DNA of 64,000 bases from an uncultured Candidatus Saccharibacteria bacterium (GTDB lineage Bacteria > Patescibacteriota > Minisyncoccia > UBA6257 > 2-01-FULL-56-20), in the NCBI GenBank assembly GCA_964361595.1, contig CAYIAX010000004.1, positions 615 through 64,614 of the forward strand, given 5' to 3'. Shown piece after piece: positions 1 to 9,262 of this stretch. Positions within the stretch are counted from its first letter, which is position 1; every line of letters begins with the position of its first letter. The notes below the pieces were generated by a model. The model saw nothing but the letters and a program-made list of their open reading frames with translations. It was not told the DNA's origin and made no database searches. A program made the position numbers and the translations under genes.

Positions 1-708
1 CCACTTCTCGATGTGTTCCTTGATCGCTTGTTCTCCAAGTACGATCCCGGCGAGGTCAACGTTGCGGGTTCCCCAGTTGGGATGAAGTAACCGGGTCAAG
101 TCGAAGGTGGTTGTGATCGGTGAGTCCGCGCGGTGTTCCACGTCAACCATCTCAATCTTCAATCCGTCGCCCGTGACCCCGTACTTCCCGGAAGAAAGAT
201 TCGTGCAGTGTTCCATCCCCGTCACCCACGTATTTGAGTTCCAGGCTACGAGAAGACGGGCTCGAATCCGCACGCTTACGGGGATGTCCTGGAAGTAGCC
301 TGGCGTTGGCACGATCCGGAGAGTGGGGTTGGCCGGGACTTCCAGGATGACGAATTGGAGGCAGGCGGGGTCGCTTTGTTGCGACGTGAGGTCGGCAAGT
401 ATGAAACCGCCTTCTTCCCAGTCGGCGATCTCTTTTTCCATGCGCTCAAGTTTTTGGAGAATGTCCGGAAACGCCGCGAGCCAGTACCTGCCGCCGCCGG
501 TTTCCATCGAAAGCCGCAAGGCGGCATCCAGTTTTGAGTTGCCGGTCAGGTTGAGCGTGTCGAGCCTCGAGCGGTCGAGGTGCTCCAGTGTTGCTTCCAG
601 GGAATCCGCTTCCGCTGTGAACGCCGCCGCCTGTTCCCTTAAAGATTGCACCTTTTGGGGAAGCGACAGGAGGTAGCTGGCGAAAACTTCGGGGTCTGAT
701 CTGCTCAT
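1..708 (-). CDS. Hypothetical protein (3' end runs off window start)
   Basis: Manually translated open frame MSRSDPEVFASYLL...KEHIEKW from ATG 708 to position 1; AAAGGA SD upstream; absent from ORF track because no stop in window. Confidence 0.7.
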   Translation of the reverse strand, partial: MSRSDPEVFASYLLSLPQKVQSLREQAAAFTAEADSLEATLEHLDRSRLDTLNLTGNSKLDAALRLSMETGGGRYWLAAFPDILQKLERMEKEIADWEEGGFILADLTSQQSDPACLQFVILEVPANPTLRIVPTPGYFQDIPVSVRIRARLLVAWNSNTWVTGMEHCTNLSSGKYGVTGDGLKIEMVDVEHRADSPITTTFDLTRLLHPNWGTRNVDLAGIVLGEQAIKEHIEKW

Positions 709-808
709 GTTCCGTTCCTTTCATATTCGATTGTCCGGGTACAATTTCTTGTTAACATAATCCCTTGCCAGAGTCCAGATTTTCTAAAAGCCTTACAATA
801 GAATCCTC

Positions 809-850
809 CGGAAAATCGTACGGCTTTCCGTATGATTTTCCATACGATTC
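809..850. promoter_or_regulatory. Palindromic operator-like site overlapping promoter of AbrB-like gene
   Basis: GGAAAATCGTACGG-CTTT-CCGTATGATTTTCC dyad; TGnTATGAT -10 just downstream; related copy at 37324-37362. Confidence 0.55.
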
Positions 851-870
851 TTTTTTGTTATGATACGGAC

Positions 871-1062
871 ATGCCAAGAAGGAAGTCCGGCAAGGAGCAG
901 ATTCGCAACCTCCAAAAAACCAAAGGCAGCTATCATTTAAGCCTGCCGATCAGCCTTGTGCATGCCTTAGGCTGGCAGGAGCGCCAAAAAGTTGTGGTCA
1001 AAAAATACGGAAAGAAGAGAATTTTAATCACCGACTGGCCCGGCAAAACGAAGCGCAGGTAG
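871..1062 (+). CDS. AbrB/MazE/SpoVT-family small DNA-binding protein
   Basis: RNLQKTKGSYHLSLPISLVHALGWQERQKVVV pattern of swapped-hairpin regulators. Confidence 0.7.
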   Translation: MPRRKSGKEQIRNLQKTKGSYHLSLPISLVHALGWQERQKVVVKKYGKKRILITDWPGKTKRR

Positions 1063-1127
1063 GGAAGTAAAATGACGTTCGACTTCCTTCCGCCTCCGCC
1101 CTATCTACAAATTAGACCTTTGGTAAT

Positions 1128-1922
1128 ATGAAAAGTAATTTAAACCCCTGGACAAAACTAAGTATTGAATATGCCAGCCAACGCAGCTATTTAGACGATT
1201 TATTCCAGGTGTATCCCACAATTCCCGAAGGCATCAGAGAACTGAATGGTGAACCCTGGAAAAACGTTGAAAAAGCTTTTAAGAAGCGAGACAACACTGC
1301 GCTCTTGAAAAATCTTCTCAAGCTGGATTTATTTCCGATTAAAGATTCCTACGTTGCTTATCTAAAACGCGATAAGGAGGCATTGGAACGCAATCCTGCA
1401 ACCGCCGCTCGCCTCTCCGGCCGTTTATATGAAATGGGGCTGGACGCAATCTATGCACGCTGTTCCGAACCGAAAGAAACCAACCGGCAAATCGGCCTGC
1501 TTTTCAAACGCTGGCTCAAAAAGAAAGCTTTGGGCATTGAACCGGTTAAACCCGATCAATTTTTGAAAGCAAAGGGAAATGCTGTTTTGGACGCTGGCGA
1601 CGCCGAAATGATGAAGTTTGCACGAGCGCACCTGAATTATAAACATAACAAAGGACTAGATTTTATCGGCCGCTTTAACGGTAAGTACGCTATCGGGGAA
1701 GCAAAGTTTTTAACCGATTTTGGCGGGCATCAAAACGCGCAATTCAACGACGCTATCGCAACGGTCAAGGCAAGAGGAGTCAGGGCAATTCCCGTCGCTA
1801 TTCTTGACGGTGTTTTATACATCAAGGGGAGCAATAAAATGTATAAAGATATTACGGGTAGACACAAGAAAGAGAATATAATGAGCGCGCTCGTATTGCG
1901 CGAGTTTTTGTATCAACTATAA
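1128..1922 (+). CDS. Type II restriction endonuclease (resembles Tsp45I family)
   Basis: PD-(D/E)xK-like LD...GEAK motif; directly upstream of a DNA methyltransferase; family call from memory. Confidence 0.75.
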   Translation: MKSNLNPWTKLSIEYASQRSYLDDLFQVYPTIPEGIRELNGEPWKNVEKAFKKRDNTALLKNLLKLDLFPIKDSYVAYLKRDKEALERNPATAARLSGRLYEMGLDAIYARCSEPKETNRQIGLLFKRWLKKKALGIEPVKPDQFLKAKGNAVLDAGDAEMMKFARAHLNYKHNKGLDFIGRFNGKYAIGEAKFLTDFGGHQNAQFNDAIATVKARGVRAIPVAILDGVLYIKGSNKMYKDITGRHKKENIMSALVLREFLYQL

Positions 1923-1927
1923 CGCCT

Positions 1928-3085
1928 ATGTTTATAACTTACGACAACAAAAAAAATGAGAAAGATATTCTCGAAAAAACCTCGAGAATTGAGCTGAAAA
2001 ACATATTGGGCAAAAGGGCAAAAAATAAGCTCATTCATGCCGACAATCTTTCTACTCTCAAAACTCTGCTCGACGATTATTCGGGTAAAGTTGATTTGAT
2101 TTATATTGACCCCCCATTCGCCACAAACGGACACTTCAAAATTAGCGAAGACAGGGCAAATACCGTAAGCAGCAGCAACGGTGATGCCATCGCATACAGC
2201 GATACATTGGTCGGCGCCGACTTTTTGGAATTTCTGCGTGAGCGCCTGGTTTTTCTGCGTGAACTTTTATCGGAGCGCGGGTCAATCTACCTTCATATTG
2301 ACTACAAAATTGGGCATTATGTAAAACTCATCATGGACGAAGTCTTTGGCCGCGAGATGTTCCGAAACGATATTACGCGTATCAAATGCAATCCCAAGAA
2401 TTTTGACAGGAAAGCGTACGGCAATATTAAGGATTTAATACTCTTTTATTCAAAGTCGGCTGCGCCGACGTGGAATGACCCGCGCGTTCCTTTCACGGAA
2501 GAAGATAAAGAGCGTTTATTCAAGAAACTGGATAAAGGCGGACGACAATATACAACTATTCCACTCCATGCCCCCGGAGAAACTTCTAGTGGCAATACCA
2601 GCAAAGAATGGAAAGGAATGAAGCCGCCTAAAGGCCGCCATTGGCGGACTGATCCGGCGGTTTTAGAAGAATGGGACAAGCAAGGATTGATTGAATGGTC
2701 GGTTAACGGTGTTCCACGCAAAAAAATCTTCCTTGATGAAAATGAAGGCAAAAAAATGCAGGATATCTGGGAGTTCAAAGACCCGCAGTATCCGCAGTAT
2801 CCAACCGAGAAAAACTTGGATTTACTAAAGTTTATTATTGAGGCCTCATCAAGCGAGGGCGATTTGGTGCTTGATTGTTTCGCCGGCTCCGGCACAACTC
2901 TGGTTGCCGCCCAAACGCTTAATCGCAACTGGATCGGGATTGATAAATCGGAACAAGCAATCAAAGTTGCAAAAAAAAGATTAGCGGGTTTGCCGAACAG
3001 CTTATTTTCAAAAGCTGAATATGAGTTTTTAGAAGAAGAAAATTATATCGAAGTTCCTAAAGAATCTTTTACTCAAGCCATCTAG
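1928..3085 (+). CDS. Site-specific DNA methyltransferase, N6A/N4C beta class
   Basis: IYIDPPF catalytic motif precedes VLDCFAGSGTT SAM-binding motif. Confidence 0.93.
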   Translation: MFITYDNKKNEKDILEKTSRIELKNILGKRAKNKLIHADNLSTLKTLLDDYSGKVDLIYIDPPFATNGHFKISEDRANTVSSSNGDAIAYSDTLVGADFLEFLRERLVFLRELLSERGSIYLHIDYKIGHYVKLIMDEVFGREMFRNDITRIKCNPKNFDRKAYGNIKDLILFYSKSAAPTWNDPRVPFTEEDKERLFKKLDKGGRQYTTIPLHAPGETSSGNTSKEWKGMKPPKGRHWRTDPAVLEEWDKQGLIEWSVNGVPRKKIFLDENEGKKMQDIWEFKDPQYPQYPTEKNLDLLKFIIEASSSEGDLVLDCFAGSGTTLVAAQTLNRNWIGIDKSEQAIKVAKKRLAGLPNSLFSKAEYEFLEEENYIEVPKESFTQAI

Positions 3086-3208
3086 TTAATGTGAGCTACC
3101 CCAAATCCTTACCCGCCAGTTTTTGGGCCTGGAATTGCCGGTCGTGTGCGAGACGATTAAGCGAGCTTTAAGCGGAAAAGGCTTGAGGGCTTTGCGCGAA
3201 AATTAAGC

Positions 3209-3255
3209 GACTTCCGATGTCCAAATATTACGCAATTTCGGGACATCGGAAGTCA
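3209..3255. repeat. Inverted repeat hairpin (14-bp perfect stem)
   Basis: GACTTCCGATGTCC ... GGACATCGGAAGTC. Confidence 0.7.
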
Positions 3256-3326
3256 TTAAATTAGCTCGCAATCCCTGTTATTTCGTGCTAGAATAAGTGT
3301 GCCGCCAAAGCGGCATTCTTCAACTC

Positions 3327-5396
3327 ATGGCTAAAAAAGAACCGGAAAAGCAGAATTCCTATAGTGCCAAGGATATTTACGTACTTGAGGGCCTGGAGCC
3401 CGTCCGCAAGCGCCCTGGCATGTATATCGGTTCCACGGGGACCGACGGCCTGCACCACTTAATTTGGGAGGTCGTGGACAACTCCCTCGATGAGGCGATG
3501 GCCGGCTATGCCAAAAACGTTACGATCGAACTTTTGCCTAAAGATCAGGTGGCGGTAACCGATGACGGCCGCGGCATTCCGGTTGAAACTCACAAGCAGA
3601 CCAAAAAATCGGCCTTGGAAACGGTTTTAACCACGCTTCATGCGGGAGGTAAATTTGGCGGGGAATCGTACAAAATTTCCGGCGGTTTGCACGGCGTCGG
3701 CGTTTCGGTTGTGAATGCTTTGTCCGAATGGATGCGCGTCGAAGTTTTCCGCGACGGCGGATTGTGGGTTCAGGAATACGAGCGGGGCAAGCCGAAATTC
3801 AAAGTCAAAAAAATCGGCGCGGCCAAAACCACCGGCACAAAAGTTATCTTTTCTCCCGATCCGGAAATTTTTTCAAACATAGAGTTCAATCTTAAAGGCA
3901 TCGTGGACCATTTGCGCCAGCAGGCGTATTTGACGAAGGGCGTGCGCATCAATATTTTCGACCGCCGCAAAGCGCCGCCGGCTTTTTACGGATTTTATTT
4001 CGAAGGAGGACTCAAGTCATTCGTAAGATATTTGTCCCGCGATGAAAAGCCACTGCAGGAGGATATTTTTTACGCGCATAAAGAATACGATGCCTCGGTT
4101 GAAAACGGCGGCAAAGGCAAGGGCAAAATCGAAGTCGAAGCCACTTTCGTCTATGTGGACGATATCGAAACGCGTGAGTTGTCTTTTGCCAATAACATTT
4201 ATACGCCCGACGGTGGCATGCATCTTACCGGTTTCCGTTCGGCCTTGACGCGCTCCTTGAATGCCTACGCCCGTTCCGAGGGGTACCTGAAGGAAAAGGA
4301 GGAAAATCTCACGAGCGATGACGTGCGCGAGGGCCTGGTGGCCGTGGTTTCGGTAAAACTGCGCGAGCCGCAGTTTGAAGGCCAAACCAAAGCGCGCTTG
4401 GGGAATCCGGAAGCCCGCACCGGCACGGAAGCGGTCGTGAACGAAACGCTTAAAGAGTTTTTGGAAAAGCATCCGCAGGAAGCGCGGCGGCTGATCGAAA
4501 AAGTAATGCTCGCGGCCAAGGCGCGCTTGGCGGCTAAAGCCGCCAAAGACACCGTACTTCGGAAGGGAGCCTTAGAGGGGCTTACCTTGCCCGGCAAGCT
4601 TGCCGATTGCACTTCGAAGAACGCTTCCGAATCGGAGCTTTTTATCGTCGAGGGAGATTCCGCCGGCGGCAGCGCCAAATCCGGGCGCGATCGCAGAACG
4701 CAGGCAATCCTTCCCGTCAAAGGAAAAATTTTAAACGTGGAAAAAGCGCGGCTCGACAAGATGCTTGGCAATGTGGAAATCCGTTCGCTTGTTGTTGCTT
4801 TGGGCACGGCGATTTCAGAAAATTTTGATCTCGCGAAACTCCGTTATCACAAAATCATTTTAATGAGCGATGCCGATGTGGACGGAGCGCACATCCGCAC
4901 GCTTTTTCTCACGCTTTTTTATCGCTATTTCCCGAAGATAATCGAATCCGGCCATCTCTACGTCGCCCAGCCTCCGCTTTATCGCATCCAGGCTGGTAAA
5001 GATGTCAGGTATGCATTTACCGAGGGAGAAAAACAAAAATTAGTGGACGAAGTTTTAAAAGCCAAAGCAGAGAGGAGAGGCAAGGGCGGCAAGGAAGCCG
5101 AGCCGGTTGTAGACGCAGAGGGCGCCGCGCTTGAAGCCGAAGCGGAAGGGGAAAGTCAGACAGGCTTAACAACTAAGGGAGTTGCCATCCAGCGTTATAA
5201 AGGTTTGGGTGAAATGAACCCTGACCAGTTGTGGGAGACAACGATGAACCCGGAAAACCGGCTCTTAAAGCAGGTAGTAGTTGACGACGTCATTAAGGCT
5301 GACAAGCTTTTCAATATCTTAATGGGGGATCAAGTGGACCCGAGAAAACAGTTCATTCAGGCGCACGCCGAGGCGGTGCAGAACTTGGATATTTGA
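3327..5396 (+). CDS. gyrB: DNA gyrase subunit B
   Basis: GLEPVRKRPGMYIG, EVVDNSLDE, VEGDSAGG, QRYKGLGEMN. Confidence 0.97.
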   Translation: MAKKEPEKQNSYSAKDIYVLEGLEPVRKRPGMYIGSTGTDGLHHLIWEVVDNSLDEAMAGYAKNVTIELLPKDQVAVTDDGRGIPVETHKQTKKSALETVLTTLHAGGKFGGESYKISGGLHGVGVSVVNALSEWMRVEVFRDGGLWVQEYERGKPKFKVKKIGAAKTTGTKVIFSPDPEIFSNIEFNLKGIVDHLRQQAYLTKGVRINIFDRRKAPPAFYGFYFEGGLKSFVRYLSRDEKPLQEDIFYAHKEYDASVENGGKGKGKIEVEATFVYVDDIETRELSFANNIYTPDGGMHLTGFRSALTRSLNAYARSEGYLKEKEENLTSDDVREGLVAVVSVKLREPQFEGQTKARLGNPEARTGTEAVVNETLKEFLEKHPQEARRLIEKVMLAAKARLAAKAAKDTVLRKGALEGLTLPGKLADCTSKNASESELFIVEGDSAGGSAKSGRDRRTQAILPVKGKILNVEKARLDKMLGNVEIRSLVVALGTAISENFDLAKLRYHKIILMSDADVDGAHIRTLFLTLFYRYFPKIIESGHLYVAQPPLYRIQAGKDVRYAFTEGEKQKLVDEVLKAKAERRGKGGKEAEPVVDAEGAALEAEAEGESQTGLTTKGVAIQRYKGLGEMNPDQLWETTMNPENRLLKQVVVDDVIKADKLFNILMGDQVDPRKQFIQAHAEAVQNLDI

Positions 5397-5565
5397 ATCA
5401 GGGCTTGCTTTTCTCCCGGAAGTTTGATATTCTTGACTTAACCAAGCAAAATGCCTTGAGGATCAAGGTATTTTTTATTCCGGCGAGCGAGGAGCAAAAT
5501 CGAAGCATAGTCCATTTTGTCCGAGCGCTACCGGAACAAATGGTATAAACCATTTCTTTAAGGAC

Positions 5566-5757
5566 ATGTTCAAGCGCTTAATGAATTTTTTGCGTGGGGC
5601 CCGCCAAGAACTGCGCAATGTGAATTGGCCGACGCGGCAGGAAGCCGTGCGTTTAACTTCGGTCGTAATCGGGCTCTCGCTCCTTTTGGCGGTTTTTCTC
5701 GGAGCTTTCGATTATATTTTTTCTTATTTGATTAAATCAGTTTTCTTAAAAATCTAA
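5566..5757 (+). CDS. secE: Preprotein translocase SecE
   Basis: ELRNVNWPTRQE plus one TM helix; upstream of nusG. Confidence 0.93.
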   Translation: MFKRLMNFLRGARQELRNVNWPTRQEAVRLTSVVIGLSLLLAVFLGAFDYIFSYLIKSVFLKI

Positions 5758-6311
5758 TGGATAAAGAACAGAAACAAGTTGCCGGCAAGCGCGAGTGGTA
5801 CGCCATCCACACCTATTCTGGTTATGAAGAGGCGGTGGCGCGCTACTTGAAACAGCGCGTCGAGTCGCTTTCGATGGAAGATAAGATCTTCAACGTGGTC
5901 GTGCCCACCGAAAAAAAGATCAAGGTAAAAAGCGGCCGCCGCCAGACGATCGAAGAAAAGATTTATCCCGGTTATGTTTTGGTGGAAATGATTTTGGCCG
6001 AGGATTCCTGGTACGTTGTGCGGAATACGCCGCGCGTAACCGGTTTCGTGGGCGCCGACAATACCAAGCCGGCTCCGCTCTCCAAAGAAGAGGTTGAATC
6101 GCTCTTGAACCGGATGGGCCGCGAAGAAAACCGCTATAATGTGGATTTGCGCGTGGGCGACGTCGTCAAGATCATTGACGGGCCGTTCAAGGAGTATGAC
6201 GGCAAAGTTGCGGAGATTGACGAAGAAAAAGGCCGCGTCAAAGTGATGGTGCCGATCTTCGGACGCGACACGGCGGTTGATCTGGATTCATTGCAGGTTA
6301 AGAAACTATGA
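5757..6311 (+). CDS. nusG: Transcription factor NusG
   Basis: WYAIHTYSGYE, YPGYVLVEM, KOW motif. Confidence 0.97.
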   Translation: MDKEQKQVAGKREWYAIHTYSGYEEAVARYLKQRVESLSMEDKIFNVVVPTEKKIKVKSGRRQTIEEKIYPGYVLVEMILAEDSWYVVRNTPRVTGFVGADNTKPAPLSKEEVESLLNRMGREENRYNVDLRVGDVVKIIDGPFKEYDGKVAEIDEEKGRVKVMVPIFGRDTAVDLDSLQVKKL

Positions 6312-6313
6312 CC

Positions 6314-6382
6314 ATCAACTAATTACGAATATCATACGAATAAACGAATTTGTATATTCGTAAAGATTCGATATTCGTTGAT
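6314..6382 (+). repeat. Intergenic hairpin of ACGAAT/ATTCGT repeats (nusG-rplK)
   Basis: ATCAAC...ACGAAT x3 ... ATTCG x3 ...GTTGAT. Confidence 0.7.
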
Positions 6383-6388
6383 AAAAAT

Positions 6389-6811
6389 ATGGCTAAAGAA
6401 ATCAAAACAACTATTAAATTACAGCTCGAAGCGGCGAAAGCGAACCCCGCGCCGCCGGTCGGAACCGCCTTGGGTCCGCACGGCGTAAATATCGCCGACT
6501 TCTGCAAGCAGTTCAACGAGGCCACGAAGGACATGGTTGGCGACGTGGTGCCGGCGGAAATCACGATTTATACGGATCGCAGTTTTACGTTTAAGCTCAA
6601 GACCCCGCCGGTTGCGGCGCTCTTAAAGCAAGCCGCCGGCGTGGAGAAGGGCGCCGCGAATCCCCTGAAGGACAAAGTCGGCAAAGTCTCGCGCGCGGAT
6701 GTGCGAAAGATCGCCGAGCGTAAAATGCCGGATTTGAACACCGACAGCCTGGAAGCGGCGGAAAAGATAGTGGAAGGCGCGGCGCGTTCAATGGGGATCA
6801 CGGTTGAATAA
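6389..6811 (+). CDS. rplK: 50S ribosomal protein L11
   Basis: [26 protein letters not shown]. Confidence 0.97.
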   Translation: MAKEIKTTIKLQLEAAKANPAPPVGTALGPHGVNIADFCKQFNEATKDMVGDVVPAEITIYTDRSFTFKLKTPPVAALLKQAAGVEKGAANPLKDKVGKVSRADVRKIAERKMPDLNTDSLEAAEKIVEGAARSMGITVE

Positions 6812-6870
6812 GCCGAGATTTACGGTAAATTTTTTTCCTGGTAAACTGGTTAAAACCGGTTTAAAGCCGT

Positions 6871-7509
6871 ATGGTAAAAAACACTTATCCGGGGAAATTC
6901 ATCGTTTTTGAAGGCCCCGACGGCTCGGGGCAATCAACTCAAGCAGATTTATTGAAAAAGCATTTTGAGGAGAAGGGAAAGACTGTTTGCTTGACCCATG
7001 AGCCGACACTTGATAGTCCGGCTGGCTTGAGGGTTAAAAATATTTTGACTCACCAGGAGCCACCGCCTTCGCCGTTCGAATTTCAAAAGCTTTATGCGAT
7101 TGATCGCGAGGTGCATTTGAAGAATAAGATAATTCCTGCTTTGAAAAAAGGCGAGTACGTCATTTCCGATCGGTATTTTTTCTCAACCTTTGCTTTTGGG
7201 TCTTTGGGATGCGATCTAGAAGCTTTGATTGATTTGAACAAAAACTTTCTTTATCCTGATCTGACATTCATTTTAAGAGTGGCTCCCGAAATTTCCATAT
7301 ACAGAATTGAAAAGCGGGGCCGCCAAGTGGAATTTTTTGAAAAACTGGAAAAGTTAAAGAGGGTAAATAACGCTTATAAAATTTTACAAAAAAGATTTGA
7401 AAACTGTTTTTTGATCGACGGAGAAAAACCGATTGAGGAAGTTCATGCGGTTGTGCTTGCAAAGTTAAACATTTTGAATATTGGCTTACCTGCCTATAAT
7501 CAATCCTGA
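6871..7509 (+). CDS. tmk: Thymidylate kinase
   Basis: FIVFEGPDGSGQSTQ P-loop, ISDRY motif. Confidence 0.92.
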   Translation: MVKNTYPGKFIVFEGPDGSGQSTQADLLKKHFEEKGKTVCLTHEPTLDSPAGLRVKNILTHQEPPPSPFEFQKLYAIDREVHLKNKIIPALKKGEYVISDRYFFSTFAFGSLGCDLEALIDLNKNFLYPDLTFILRVAPEISIYRIEKRGRQVEFFEKLEKLKRVNNAYKILQKRFENCFLIDGEKPIEEVHAVVLAKLNILNIGLPAYNQS

Positions 7510-7515
7510 CTCCCC

Positions 7516-7629
7516 ATGCCCAAATACAAACCCACCATCGGACTTGAGGTTCCCGCCTTCGCTAAAGCTTCCACCGGCGCTAAAGCTATGGCGGACAAGC
7601 TGGCGGGCAAGCACGCTTTATTAATATGA
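7516..7629 (+). pseudogene. Duplicated gatB N-terminus (37-codon uORF) carrying a palindromic insert; stop overlaps gatB ATG
   Basis: MPKYKPTIGLEV-[PAFAKASTGAKAMADKLAGK]-HAL vs gatB MNYQPTIGLEVHAEL; ATGA overlap. Confidence 0.7.
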
Positions 7630-9245
7630 ATTATCAACCAACAATCGGACTTGAGGTGCATGCGGAATTGAAGACGCGAACCAAGATGTTCTGCGATTCT
7701 TTAAACGACCCGGACGAGCGGCACCCAAATGTGAATGTTTGTCCGGTTTGCCTCGGCCATCCGGGAGCCTTGCCGACGATCAACAAGCAGGCCGTGGAGG
7801 CCGTTATCCGCGCGGGTTTGGCCCTGGGCGGAAAGATAAATGAGCGGGCGAAATTTGACCGCAAAAATTATTTTTATCCCGATCTGCCGAAGGGCTATCA
7901 AATCTCGCAGTACGACGAACCGATTGTCACGGGCGGGGAATTAAAAGGAGTGCGGGTGCGCAGAATTCACCTCGAGGAGGATACGGGAACATTGGCGCAT
8001 TTTGCGCCAAGCGCAGACCTGCGCGGACCGGACGCAGATCGACGCGGAAACTTTCTGCGTGAGTCGGCGTTAAGTCAGCGTGAGTCAGCGTCGTTGGTTG
8101 ATTTTAACCGCGCAGGCGTGCCCCTTTTGGAACTTGTGACTGAACCGGACATTACGAGCGCGGAACAGGCGGTGGAGTTCGGCAAGGCTTTACGTCTTAT
8201 TTTCCGTTATCTCGGGATTTCTGATGCCGACATGGAAAAGGGCCAAATGCGGCTTGAAGCCAATGTTTCGCTTCGCGAAACCGCGGATGATCGCGGATCA
8301 AACGCGGATCAACGCGGAAACGGCTTAGGCGAAAATCTCGGGACGAAGGTTGAGATTAAAAACATAAATTCGTTTAAGGCGCTAGGCGTGGCCATAGCTT
8401 ACGAGCTAAAGCGGCAGGAAGAGCATTTAAAAGAGGGAAAAAAGATCGTCCAGGAAACGCGCGGCTGGAACGAAGACAAACAAGCGACCGTTTCCCAGCG
8501 GTCGAAAGAAGAGGCGCACGATTACCGCTATTTCCCTGAACCCGATTTACCGCCCATTCGTCTTACGAATGGTCGAGCCTCGCCCACCGATGTGGGCGGG
8601 CCGCCTTCGGATATCGCCTTCGACATTGAAGCCATCCGCGCTTCGTTGCCTGAATTGCCGGAGCAAAAAATCGGCCGCTTCGAGCGCGAATTCGGAATTT
8701 CTGCCAAGCAAGCCGAACTTCTTGTAAGTGATAAAAAAGTCGCGGATTTTTTTGAAGAAGCTGTTAGCGAACTGGCAACACGAGACGAACTCACTACTTC
8801 TAGGATTGACAAGAAATCACAAGAAATGCTTTTTAACTATATTACTGGTACAGCGAGGGGTATTTACTCCACAATGCTTGTTCAAGAAAATGGAGCTGTG
8901 CTTGGGAAGATAAAACCGGAGCATATAGCCCATTTGATAGATCTTATTTGTGATGGAAAAATAGGCGAACGCCAGGCAAGGGATATCTTAAAGAAAATGT
9001 TTGAGGATGGTTCAGATCCAGAAGAAATTCTAAATCGGGAAGGTTTACACACGGTCTCCGACACAGAAGAACTCAAACTCGTGGTGGAAGAGGTGATCGC
9101 AGAAAATCCCACTGCGGCTGCGGATTATAAAAAAGGCAAAGCACAAAGTTTGCAATTTATGATTGGCAAAGCGATGGGAAAATTGAAGGGCAGAGGGAAT
9201 CCCGGCGTGCTCAAGGAAATTTTTGAGCAGAATCTATCGCAGTAA
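7626..9245 (+). CDS. gatB: Asp/Glu-tRNA amidotransferase subunit B, with repeat-derived in-frame inserts
   Basis: IGLEVHAEL, RKNYFYPDLPKGYQISQ, DYRYFPEPDLPP. Confidence 0.96.
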   Translation: MNYQPTIGLEVHAELKTRTKMFCDSLNDPDERHPNVNVCPVCLGHPGALPTINKQAVEAVIRAGLALGGKINERAKFDRKNYFYPDLPKGYQISQYDEPIVTGGELKGVRVRRIHLEEDTGTLAHFAPSADLRGPDADRRGNFLRESALSQRESASLVDFNRAGVPLLELVTEPDITSAEQAVEFGKALRLIFRYLGISDADMEKGQMRLEANVSLRETADDRGSNADQRGNGLGENLGTKVEIKNINSFKALGVAIAYELKRQEEHLKEGKKIVQETRGWNEDKQATVSQRSKEEAHDYRYFPEPDLPPIRLTNGRASPTDVGGPPSDIAFDIEAIRASLPELPEQKIGRFEREFGISAKQAELLVSDKKVADFFEEAVSELATRDELTTSRIDKKSQEMLFNYITGTARGIYSTMLVQENGAVLGKIKPEHIAHLIDLICDGKIGERQARDILKKMFEDGSDPEEILNREGLHTVSDTEELKLVVEEVIAENPTAAADYKKGKAQSLQFMIGKAMGKLKGRGNPGVLKEIFEQNLSQ

Positions 9246-9262
9246 TCGCGCGAATAGCGAAT

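Noticed and set aside
5400-5560. tRNA-Trp or other tRNA before secE
   Set aside because: No cloverleaf or T-loop; only a promoter-like site and two hairpins
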